Below, in pieces: positions 28,441 through 37,372 of a stretch of DNA of 64,000 bases (within the stretch, counting starts at the first letter, position 1; each line of letters starts with the position of its first letter). A model generated the notes under the pieces. It searched no databases and had not been told where the DNA came from. It saw only the letters and a list, made by a program, of their open reading frames with translations. The DNA is taken from contig OY759316.1 of NCBI GenBank assembly GCA_963662275.1, positions 2,112,001-2,176,000 on the forward strand, given 5' to 3'. The position numbers and the translations under genes were made by a program. This DNA is from Candidatus Cloacimonadales bacterium (GTDB lineage Bacteria > Cloacimonadota > Cloacimonadia > Cloacimonadales > DAONDQ01).

Positions 28441-28917
28441 TCGAACTTCGCACTTCGGACTTCGCACTTCGAGATGGGAGAGCTCGTTCTGTTCTTGCAC
28501 TGCTCTGAACTAGCACCTAACACCTAAAACCTAGAACCTTCTGCAAAAACACCTCTCATATATATATAGGGGGGAGCATTTTGCCTAAATCGAGGGAGCA
28601 TTTGAAAATAATTCGATTTTTATTGATTTTTCTTTCTTATTCCAATTCTTCATTCTTCATTTTAATTTTTAATTCTTAATTGAACTACTGTTTCATTTCT
28701 ATACGATTACGGTACTAATACGGTTTTTTTACCGTAATGATACCGTATTGCTACCGTATTGGTACCGTAATGCTCATATGTGTACTTTGATTGTAATGCA
28801 AGACGCCGTTCTTGCTGTCTGCTCTGTTCTGAACAATAAGCTACAAGCAATCAGCTATAAGCTTCTTCCTGGATTGTTTGCTCTGGACTGTAAGCTGTCC
28901 GCTGTACGCTGTAAGCT
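28441..28917. repeat. Cluster of different heptamer tandem repeats
   Basis: (ACTTCGC/G)n at 28441-28471, (ACCTAAC/A)n at 28510-28540, (TTTTAAT/TTCTTAA)n at 28641-28682, (AGCTATA-like)n at 28837-28863, (GCTGTAA-like)n at 28888-28917. Confidence 0.7.
28682..28780 (-). repeat. Family A 11-bp-periodic fold-back element, copy 2 (inverted relative to 1261-1358)
   Basis: Reverse complement reads catatgagcattacggtaccaatacggtagcaatacggtatcattacggtaaaaaaaccgtattagtaccgtaatc..., matching 1261 onward with few mismatches and one indel. Confidence 0.85.
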
Positions 28918-29364
28918 TCTGCAATGCGTGAAATAAGCGACAGGATCTTCCACTTTATCGTATTTTTCTTTTAAGAATTCGGATAAAACATCTACTGTTT
29001 TGGAAATACTCGGTTTCTCGATGGTGAAGAACGAATGTATTTCGAATCCCCGCAGGATTGGATTACCGTCTTTGATAACATATTTTGCTTTTCCGTTCAG
29101 TCTCAAGAGATCATAATATAATGATGGTGCTAGTTTATGTGCTGTTTCCATATCTGCAATATCACAAGTCACCATCTTTCCACTGAGATTCAGAATATGT
29201 GCTTTTGCTTCATTCTTACCGCCAATGAATTGCAGGTAGCCATATATCTCAGTAAAATCTGAAAAAGTACACTTATTTTCTTCAATCAAATCCACAATAT
29301 CGATATCAGAAGGTCTGGTATCTGTACCAGGGATGTCTATGTAACAATTGAAATCTTCGTTCAT
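28855..29364 (-). CDS. Hypothetical protein; the C-terminus reads into heptamer repeats, so it may be degraded
   Basis: Strong SD ggaggt and TTGAC at 29436-29440 (minus strand); the last ~20 codons are repeat-derived. Confidence 0.55.
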   Translation of the reverse strand: MNEDFNCYIDIPGTDTRPSDIDIVDLIEENKCTFSDFTEIYGYLQFIGGKNEAKAHILNLSGKMVTCDIADMETAHKLAPSLYYDLLRLNGKAKYVIKDGNPILRGFEIHSFFTIEKPSISKTVDVLSEFLKEKYDKVEDPVAYFTHCRSLQRTADSLQSRANNPGRSL

Positions 29365-29572
29365 CCCTACCTCCTTCTATGCGTTTTGTATCTTCATATT
29401 GTATAAAATAACAGAGAATCCGATTTAAGAAAATAGTCAATGCTTTTTAGGAGAAAGAAAGGAAGTTCTATTTTTTCTTGAAATTGATAGGGCATTTGTC
29501 TGAATGAAGATGAACTGAAAATGAGAAATAAAGAGATTGATTACAAAGGAAAATCAATTTCTAATATGAATC

Positions 29573-29578
29573 TTGACA
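29573..29578 (+). promoter_or_regulatory. Putative -35 box of the vsr-methyltransferase operon
   Basis: TTGACA 46 nt upstream of the vsr ATG; the same motif recurs before most transcription units in the window; no clear -10 box. Confidence 0.45.
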
Positions 29579-29618
29579 TATTATTACACATTCATTTGAT
29601 GATAAAGAAGGGGTTTGA

Positions 29619-30065
29619 ATGTCTGATTATGTAAGAGACAAAAGGTCGCCATGGCCCAAGAATGAAAATACATCAAAGGTGATGAGTGCCAATAAAGCAA
29701 AAAATACAAAACCTGAATTGAAATTACGACATGCTCTCTGGTCTAATGGGATAAAAGGATATCGAATTCATTATAAAAAAGTTCCTGGAAATCCTGATAT
29801 CTGTTTTGTTGGGAAAAGAATAGCTATATTTGTTAATGGATGCTTTTGGCATCATTGTCCTGAATGTCAGCATGATTACCCAAAAAATAATAGACAATTT
29901 TGGATTGATAAATTAAATAGAAATAAATTACGTGATATTAGAAAAATTGAAGAGCTCGAAATTATAGGTTGGAAAGCAATAGTAATTTGGGAATGTCAAA
30001 TTCAGTCCGATATAAATTTATGTGTCGATTTAATCAGATTAAATGTGGAGTTATCAATTGGATGA
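29619..30065 (+). CDS. vsr: Very short patch repair endonuclease
   Basis: MS.NK.KNTKPE..LR..LW..G..GYR, PG.PDI, IFVNGCFWH, FW..K...N..RD, WECQ motifs. Confidence 0.92.
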   Translation: MSDYVRDKRSPWPKNENTSKVMSANKAKNTKPELKLRHALWSNGIKGYRIHYKKVPGNPDICFVGKRIAIFVNGCFWHHCPECQHDYPKNNRQFWIDKLNRNKLRDIRKIEELEIIGWKAIVIWECQIQSDINLCVDLIRLNVELSIG

Positions 30066-31758
30066 ATCATTAACTGTCATTGATTTCTTTTGTGGTGCTG
30101 GTGGCTTTTCTGAAGGCTTCAGACAAAATGGATTTAAAATTATTCGCGGCATCGATAATTGGAAGCCAGCAATCGATACTTATAATTTTAATTTTGAATT
30201 AAATTGTTCCGTTAAAAATGTTCTTGATTTTGAAAAATCAATTGAAGAAATTGAACAAATTGAAAACTCCGATGTTATTCTTGGTAGTCCTCCTTGTGTC
30301 TCTTTCTCGAATTCGAATAAATCTGGTAAAGCTGATAAAGCTCTTGGTGTTAAGCTTGTAGAAGTATTTTTAAGAATTGTAGCAATAAAAAAATATATGA
30401 AAGATTCCATTCTCAAAGCTTGGTATATGGAAAATGTGCCTAATTCTCAAAAGCACTTGAAGGATAAATATTCATTCGTTGATCTTGGCTTGTCTGATTG
30501 GGCAGAAACAAATGGAATAGATGCTGAATCAATTGCAATAGATATTACTGATAGCAAATTTGTAGTTGATGCTGCAAATTATGGAACACCACAGCATAGA
30601 AAAAGACTAATCACTGGTGAGATTGTAAATCTTAAAAAGTTGCCCTTACCTTCATATACTCATGGGCAAGAATCAATTTTTGAAAAGGACTTTATTACTC
30701 TTTCTCTTATAAAAAATCATTTACCATGCCCAACTTGTCACAATCAAAATAGATTGGTTGTTGATCCGAACTATCCCAATTTAGAAATATCTTCAGAACT
30801 TCTTTCAGATCATTTTTACGATACTGGCATTTATGAATCAGAATGGAAAGATTCTTTATTTTTAAAACAAAATCATCCATATATGGGTAAAATGTCTTTT
30901 CCTGAGAATGAGACTAAACCAAGTAGGACAGTAACAGCCACAAATATTGCAGCTTCAAGAGAAGCTTTAATTTATCGATCAGAAATCTATCGAAAAGGAA
31001 ATGGGGAATATAGAAAACCCACAATAAGAGAAACTGGTTGTTTAATGGGATTCCCGATAACTTATCAGTTCATTGGATCTGAACATACTAAAGCCAGATT
31101 GGTTGGAAATGCCGTATGCCCTCCATTAAGTTCACACCTTGCCAAAAATCTATTAGAAATCCTTGAATTGCCAATCTTGGAAATACCTATTTTCACGAAT
31201 ATTGTAGTTCCAAATCCTACGAATCTTAATGTGGATACACTTAAATTATTTAATAATCCCCCTCAAAGGAAACCAGGTTCAAGGTTTAGAAGACATCCAT
31301 TGAAAGAAAATAACATAACTGTAAGTTTATCAAATTATCAGATTAAGGAATCAGAACCAAAGAGAAACGGATGGTATTGTTCAATCCAGAAGGGAACAGG
31401 AATAGATTTTATTACGATAGAAATTCCAAATGGCTATTGTTTTACCATAGAAGATAGAATTATGATACTTGAAAAGGGTGAGGAATTTTTAACAACTTAT
31501 TATCAACATATTGGAAATAAAATTGCTAAGTCTGAAACGCTACAAAAAATGTATGAAGAAAAAATGAACTTTAATGAGTATTTAGAACCGTCAACTTTAA
31601 TTGCTCTTCTTGGTGAGAAAATTGCAGAGTTTAAAATCGATAATAACAAAATATCGACCCTTAATTTTCCTTATATTGATAGACTTGAATACTTCACAGT
31701 TAGACAATTGTTTGCCTTATACGCGGTAAGCCATATTACTACTATAGCCAATAATTAG
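30043..31758 (+). CDS. DNA (cytosine-5)-methyltransferase with a ~200-aa C-terminal extension (start may be TTG 30058)
   Basis: Motif I FCGAGG, IV GSPPC..FS, VI ENV, VIII PQHRKR, IX RE...LMGFP, X VGNAV.P, followed by about 200 additional residues. Confidence 0.92.
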   Translation: MWSYQLDESLTVIDFFCGAGGFSEGFRQNGFKIIRGIDNWKPAIDTYNFNFELNCSVKNVLDFEKSIEEIEQIENSDVILGSPPCVSFSNSNKSGKADKALGVKLVEVFLRIVAIKKYMKDSILKAWYMENVPNSQKHLKDKYSFVDLGLSDWAETNGIDAESIAIDITDSKFVVDAANYGTPQHRKRLITGEIVNLKKLPLPSYTHGQESIFEKDFITLSLIKNHLPCPTCHNQNRLVVDPNYPNLEISSELLSDHFYDTGIYESEWKDSLFLKQNHPYMGKMSFPENETKPSRTVTATNIAASREALIYRSEIYRKGNGEYRKPTIRETGCLMGFPITYQFIGSEHTKARLVGNAVCPPLSSHLAKNLLEILELPILEIPIFTNIVVPNPTNLNVDTLKLFNNPPQRKPGSRFRRHPLKENNITVSLSNYQIKESEPKRNGWYCSIQKGTGIDFITIEIPNGYCFTIEDRIMILEKGEEFLTTYYQHIGNKIAKSETLQKMYEEKMNFNEYLEPSTLIALLGEKIAEFKIDNNKISTLNFPYIDRLEYFTVRQLFALYAVSHITTIANN

Positions 31759-31766
31759 GAGGAAAC

Positions 31767-33092
31767 ATGGAACAAAAGCATCGGGAAGAATATTTGAAAA
31801 AATTGTTGCTTGAAGGAACACCATATTCTGCTAAAGATATTTCGTATAAAGCAAGTACGAAAACGATGAAGGTATATGAAATTAACATAGATTATCTAGT
31901 ATATAATCCATACAATGGTAGAATTGCAAGTTTAGTTAAATCTTTTGAGCGTCAAAGAGGAAATCAGCTCAACCCAGAAAGTACTGAAGATATGCAGTTT
32001 ATAGAGAAATTTCTTTGGGAATCTAACTCAACTAGCAATGAAAAGACTCTCAAGGATTTGAAAGATAAACAACAACTTGAACCAGGAATTGTTACACTAG
32101 ACGGGGTAATAATCGATGGAAACAGAAGAGCGTTTCTATTAAAGAAGTTAGGGGTTAAGTTTTTTAAAGCAATTATATTGCCTGATGAATTGAATAGCGA
32201 ACCACAAGAAATAATGAAGCTTGAAACTACTTATCAGATGGGAGAAGATGCAAAAGTAGATTACAATGCGATTGAAAAATATCTGAAATGCAAAGATTTA
32301 ATAAATTTCTTCAAACCAAAAGAAATTGCCGATATGATGGGTGAGTCGGAATCACAAATTAAAGAGTATCTCGGAATTATGTCTCTGATGGAAGATTATT
32401 TAGAATCACTTGGGTGTGCTGGTATCTACACTGCTCTGGATAAAACTGAAGGTGCTTTTGTTGATATTTGCAAATATTTCAAAGCTTATAGTAAGAGTGT
32501 AACAGCAAAATCAGATTGGGAGTATGATGATTCAGATGTTAATGACTTAAAACTGATATATTTTGATTATATCACTTTTATTTATAACAAGTCCAAATCA
32601 AGAAATGATGATGAAGATACAATCCTGGGAGGTTCTAAAGATTATCGTTTTATTGGGCAACCAAATAAAAAGACAGGAATTTTCTGTAATGGAAAAGTAT
32701 GGGACAAATTCAGTACAGACCATTTTAGAGAGATTGATCCCATTCGTCAGAAATATACTGATGGTGAATATTCAATTGATTCATTAAGAGAAGCAAACCC
32801 AACTCAATCTCTAGAACAAATTATTAAGGGAAGGAATGAACAATGGGCAAAGGAAACGGGTAGTTTTCTTAAAAGGAACTTGGGTGAAGGTAAATATTCA
32901 TTAGAAAATAAAAACTTACAGAATCAGCCAGAGGAGTTATTGCAACGTGCACTTACAATATTGGAAAATATAGATCCTGAAAAGGAAGGCTTTGCTGCAA
33001 GGAAAAATGTTCATGAGATAGTCTCACAAATCAATAAAATAATGTGGATATTCAAGAAAAAATGCGAAAAATGGAAAGGAGAGGTCGTATGA
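31767..33092 (+). CDS. ParB/Srx-like N-terminal domain protein with a putative HTH
   Basis: 'YNPYNGRI' and 'Q.EPGIV..DG.IIDGNRR' (ParB box II-like GxRR); HTH-like 'KEIADMMGESESQIKEYL'; SD aggagg. Confidence 0.7.
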   Translation: MEQKHREEYLKKLLLEGTPYSAKDISYKASTKTMKVYEINIDYLVYNPYNGRIASLVKSFERQRGNQLNPESTEDMQFIEKFLWESNSTSNEKTLKDLKDKQQLEPGIVTLDGVIIDGNRRAFLLKKLGVKFFKAIILPDELNSEPQEIMKLETTYQMGEDAKVDYNAIEKYLKCKDLINFFKPKEIADMMGESESQIKEYLGIMSLMEDYLESLGCAGIYTALDKTEGAFVDICKYFKAYSKSVTAKSDWEYDDSDVNDLKLIYFDYITFIYNKSKSRNDDEDTILGGSKDYRFIGQPNKKTGIFCNGKVWDKFSTDHFREIDPIRQKYTDGEYSIDSLREANPTQSLEQIIKGRNEQWAKETGSFLKRNLGEGKYSLENKNLQNQPEELLQRALTILENIDPEKEGFAARKNVHEIVSQINKIMWIFKKKCEKWKGEVV

Positions 33093-35080
33093 CTTATCCT
33101 CAAATAGATGATCAAGTTACTTCAAACAGTTTCGTCATTCGAGATACTGACGGTTTCATCAACTCTAATTATCGAGCTTTTGATTATTTCATGAAAATTT
33201 TAAAAGCTAATTTTGTTGAAGATTTGATATATGTTAAATATACTGAAGAGAATAAGTATCAATTACTGGATCAGGTTACGAAAATTCTACGTAAGTACGG
33301 TATCGAGCTTTCAAGCTCAGATGAAATTCGAGAAATCAACCAGCAGTATTATGCTGAAAAAGAGAATTTCTTGCGTTTTAGTGAATCTGCTTTTAAAATT
33401 AGGAATAATATCGTTGATGCACAAGATTTGGATTACTTCACAAGTGCTTTAAAAAGAAAACTCACTTTCAGAACTTTATATGACCTACAATTGCTATCTT
33501 CTTATCATCTGGCTTTTTCTCAGAATTCATGTAATTTTTCAGTACCGGGGTCTGGTAAAACATCTATTGTTTTCGGTGCTTTTTCATATCTTTCAGGTCT
33601 ATCTGAAGAAAATTCAAAATATGTTAATAAGTTATTTGTTGTTGGTCCACTAAGCTCATTCGGACCATGGGAAGATGAATATGAGAATTGTTTTGGGAGA
33701 AAGCCATACTCAAGAAGATTATCAGGTGGTATATCAAAATCTGAAAGAGATGCCACACTGCTTTCGGTGGATAATTCGCAAAATACACCAGAAATGTTGT
33801 TAATATCTTATCCTGGGCTATGCTCTGATTACGATAACATAATTACCTATTTATCTAAACCTTCAAACAAAGTAATGATGGTCCTAGATGAAGCTCATCG
33901 AATAAAAAATACTGAAGAAGGTTTATGGGCGCAAACTGTTCTAAGTTTAGCAAAATATTGTAAATCTAGGGTTGTACTTACAGGAACTCCAGCACCAAAT
34001 GGATACGAAGATTTATATAATTTATACAAGTTTATTTGGCCACAAAGTAAAATTATCAATTATAGTCCAAGACAACTAAAAGATATGACCCAAAATCGGT
34101 TTGATTATCGAGTCAATGATCTAATTTCAAGCATTTCTCCCTTTTTTATTAGGATTAGGAAATCTGATTTGCATCTCCCCTCATTTATAAATCACAAACC
34201 AGATTTTATTGAAATGAATCCTGCCCAAAAAGAAATATATAACTTGATTGAAAATCGATATTTATTTGGTTATGTTGATGATCATCCAGATATTGATGTT
34301 TCAAAATCATTTTTCAAAGCTCGACTAGTTAGGTTAATGCAAGCCGCATCTAACCCAGTTTTATTGAAGTATTCTATAACAGATTATTATCTTGATGGAG
34401 AAAAAATAACTTCAGATGAATCTCTTGATAATGATATACTTAGAAAGATAGATGACTATTTAAAAACAAATGAATATCCTACAAAATACTGGATTATATT
34501 AAGTATGGTCCAAGATATTATTAAACAAAATCAAAAAGTAGTTATTTGGGGTCTGTATATCCAAAGCATAAAGGAACTACAGAAATTCCTTAATAACAAC
34601 GGTATCAATTCAGAATTACTTATCGGTGAAACCCCAGTTGAGGTAGATACTTCCCAAGATGAGATAAGAACACGTGAATGTATAATAAGAGACTTTAATA
34701 ATACAAAGATTGATTTGAAAGTCATTATTGCTAACCCAATGGCAGTTGCAGAATCTATATCAATCCATAAAGCTTGTCACAATGCTATTTATTTTGAAAG
34801 AAATTTTAACGCAGCTTATTTTATACAATCTAAGGACAGGATTCACAGAGTTGGGTTACCGGAAGGAGTTTCAACGAACTATTATTATTTAATTTCTCAG
34901 GATACAGTAGAAGAGACTATTCATAAAAGTCTATTGGTAAAAGAAGAAAGAATGTTGCAAATACTTGAATCCCAAGAAATACCCCTATTTACTGAAAATA
35001 TGAATTATGATATTGACATTAACTCTGATTTTAAACTTGTAATAAAAGACTATGTTAACAGAGTATCTGAAAACCACTGA
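33089..35080 (+). CDS. SNF2-family (SF2) helicase/translocase
   Basis: FSVPGSGKT, LDEAHRIKN, LTGTP.PN..EDL, 'LVRLMQAASNP.LL', 'AESISIH', 'QSKDRIHRVG'; ATGA overlap with the upstream stop. Confidence 0.9.
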   Translation: MTYPQIDDQVTSNSFVIRDTDGFINSNYRAFDYFMKILKANFVEDLIYVKYTEENKYQLLDQVTKILRKYGIELSSSDEIREINQQYYAEKENFLRFSESAFKIRNNIVDAQDLDYFTSALKRKLTFRTLYDLQLLSSYHLAFSQNSCNFSVPGSGKTSIVFGAFSYLSGLSEENSKYVNKLFVVGPLSSFGPWEDEYENCFGRKPYSRRLSGGISKSERDATLLSVDNSQNTPEMLLISYPGLCSDYDNIITYLSKPSNKVMMVLDEAHRIKNTEEGLWAQTVLSLAKYCKSRVVLTGTPAPNGYEDLYNLYKFIWPQSKIINYSPRQLKDMTQNRFDYRVNDLISSISPFFIRIRKSDLHLPSFINHKPDFIEMNPAQKEIYNLIENRYLFGYVDDHPDIDVSKSFFKARLVRLMQAASNPVLLKYSITDYYLDGEKITSDESLDNDILRKIDDYLKTNEYPTKYWIILSMVQDIIKQNQKVVIWGLYIQSIKELQKFLNNNGINSELLIGETPVEVDTSQDEIRTRECIIRDFNNTKIDLKVIIANPMAVAESISIHKACHNAIYFERNFNAAYFIQSKDRIHRVGLPEGVSTNYYYLISQDTVEETIHKSLLVKEERMLQILESQEIPLFTENMNYDIDINSDFKLVIKDYVNRVSENH

Positions 35081-36044
35081 TTTGATTCAGCTTGAGGATT
35101 TAGATTTTTTTCTTTTCAATGCTATATCAAGCAAAGTACAGAAGTTAGAGTCAATTAGGAAATATTGTTTAAATAGTAGATATACGATGGTTAGTACATT
35201 TAACTCAATAATTGTGTTTTTAATTTGGTTAAATCTTATTGATCTGATTGATGGAAAATATGTAAGAAGAAATTCCAATTTTGATAAGAAATACTCTAAA
35301 TTTGAATCCCTAGCGTATTTCAAAGATATTGATTTTTGTAATTTGATTATGAAGTATTTGAAAAAGGATCATGAATTGGAGTCCATTTTTAATGTAAGGA
35401 CTTTAAAACTGGATATTGTTAGCAATAGCTATTTTTTACATGATAATTTGATTCCTAATAGATTTAGGAGCTTACTAAATATCCTTATTCAAGTTGGTTT
35501 CTTTAGTAGAAAGCAGAGCCAATTGTATATTTCTGATAAATACAGGAAGTTAATCGAAAAAGATTTAATACCCTTTTTGATTAACAAACACCAGCATAAA
35601 CTCAAACTATCGCTAGATGATTTGAAAAAGAAGATTGATCTGAATAATTTGCATGGAGAAGCAGCTGAACATTTAGTATTGAATTATGAGCTACAACGAC
35701 TTGCCAATCATCCCAATATTCAGTTAGTAAAAATAATCTCAGAAGTTGATGTATGCGCTGGTTATGATATTGTTTCCTTTAATAACCTTAACTCATGCAT
35801 TCCAGACAGATACATAGAAGTTAAATCTTATAGTGATGAATGCACGTTTTACATTTCAAGAAATGAAATAGAAACAGCAAAAAAATACTTAACTAATTAT
35901 TACTTATACTTAGTTGATAGAAATCGAATTGATGAATTTGATTATCAACCTTTTATTATTCAAAACCCCTATTTAAACGTATTTTGCAATAAAAAATGGG
36001 ATAAATTTGTTGATAACTGGTTCATTAGACGTAATATAGATTAG
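35052..36044 (+). CDS. DUF3883 (NOV C-terminal) PD-(D/E)xK nuclease domain protein
   Basis: 'GEAAE..V..YE', 'AGYDIVSF', 'YIEVKS', 'FYISRNE', 'YYLYLV'; overlaps the helicase stop by 29 nt. Confidence 0.8.
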   Translation: MLTEYLKTTDLIQLEDLDFFLFNAISSKVQKLESIRKYCLNSRYTMVSTFNSIIVFLIWLNLIDLIDGKYVRRNSNFDKKYSKFESLAYFKDIDFCNLIMKYLKKDHELESIFNVRTLKLDIVSNSYFLHDNLIPNRFRSLLNILIQVGFFSRKQSQLYISDKYRKLIEKDLIPFLINKHQHKLKLSLDDLKKKIDLNNLHGEAAEHLVLNYELQRLANHPNIQLVKIISEVDVCAGYDIVSFNNLNSCIPDRYIEVKSYSDECTFYISRNEIETAKKYLTNYYLYLVDRNRIDEFDYQPFIIQNPYLNVFCNKKWDKFVDNWFIRRNID

Positions 36045-36625
36045 ACTCATTATTGAAATTAATTCTTATCTAATTATGAATGAAAACTTTTATCCCATCA
36101 CATCTTCCACCAATCCATTCGGATAGAGATAGCTCATAGACTCTTTTCGGAATATGGGATTGATCTTATGGATAATCCTGTGATGATTTGGACAAATGAC
36201 AAGCAGGTTATCTGAATCATTATTCAAAGAACGGGTATAATAATCGATATGATGAATTTCGGAAAGGGGTGTCCAGTATCTGTCAGTAAAATCATGACCG
36301 CAGATCTGGCATTTGTTATTATAGATTTCCTTGAGCGTATCTCCGATGGAGCGATTGTATTTCCTGATTTTGATATTGCTGGATATTTCGGAGTGAGAGA
36401 GCATAGTGTACGCTCCAACAGAGCCACGTCTTCGGAAAAATAGAGCCACCTAATTCGGAGATGAGAGCCACTCTTCTATTTTCAATAATTAATACAGGTA
36501 ATATACAAAAAAATAAGCTATAACTAATCTTTTTGCGACGGCTGCCGTGAAGTGAGGCCGTAGGCCGAGCGAAGCGGCAGCCGTCGCCGGGAAAGTTGTA
36601 GTACCATCCCAAGTATTAACTATCG

Positions 36626-37372
36626 TTATTCTTTCTTAATGCCATTGCGTTCTCTCATTGACACTTTACCATCGATAAAAATAGGATAGGAATCGTGTAT
36701 AATCCGGTCAAGGATGGCATCGGCAAGGGTTTCCTGACCAATCTTCTCATGCCATCCTCCGGTTCTGAACTGAGAACAGAAGATCGTTGATGAGTGCTGA
36801 TGCCTCGCTTCGATAATCTCCAAAAGATCTCTTGCCTCTTGTTCTCTGAGTGGTGTCAGCAGCCATTCATCAAGTATCAGCAGTTTGATCTGCTTGTATT
36901 GTTTTATGACTTTCTTAAAAATACCTTCACCTCTGGCAACTGCCAGGTCATCCAGCAATTCGGGAAGTCGTATATATCTGACAGGATAATAGTTCCGGCA
37001 GGCTGCTATCCCGAAAGCACAACCCAGCCAGGATTTCCCGTTTCCTGATGCTCCCATAATGATTATATTCCGATTTTCGCTGATGTAACTGCAGGTTGAT
37101 AAACGGATAATCTCAGATCGATCCAGCTTTCTGTCATCATGATATTCTACGTCTTCAATACTTGCCTGGCTGAACTTCAAGTTTGCCTTCTTAATTAGCC
37201 TCTGCAGTCTGTTATTTTTGCGTCTGGCCCATTCAGCATCTACGAGCAGACTGAAGCGTTCTTCGAAAAGCAAATCCTTAAATGCACCATCATGTAATTG
37301 CTGGCAGAAAGTATCAGCCATAGCACTCAAATGCATCTCGTGAAGCTTATTGACTGTTGATTGGCTGATCAT
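36626..37372 (-). CDS. istB: IS21 helper ATPase
   Basis: GASGNGKS, LLILDEW, STIFCSQ, ADAILDRIIH, SMR motifs; overlaps the istA stop. Confidence 0.95.
   Translation of the reverse strand: MISQSTVNKLHEMHLSAMADTFCQQLHDGAFKDLLFEERFSLLVDAEWARRKNNRLQRLIKKANLKFSQASIEDVEYHDDRKLDRSEIIRLSTCSYISENRNIIIMGASGNGKSWLGCAFGIAACRNYYPVRYIRLPELLDDLAVARGEGIFKKVIKQYKQIKLLILDEWLLTPLREQEARDLLEIIEARHQHSSTIFCSQFRTGGWHEKIGQETLADAILDRIIHDSYPIFIDGKVSMRERNGIKKE

Noticed and set aside
28396..28500. N-terminal extension of the 27988-28500 ORF
   Set aside because: It translates heptamer repeats (EVRSPKCEVR), and a good SD precedes ATG 28395.
29619..36044. DISARM or BREX assignment
   Set aside because: The DrmA/DrmB core, PLD nuclease, PglZ and BrxC are absent; the ParB-like and DUF3883 genes are not part of those systems as I know them.
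36090..36449. Stand-alone 119-aa HNH gene
   Set aside because: Its first ~24 codons derive from the IS21 end; it is the 3' fragment of the interrupted gene.
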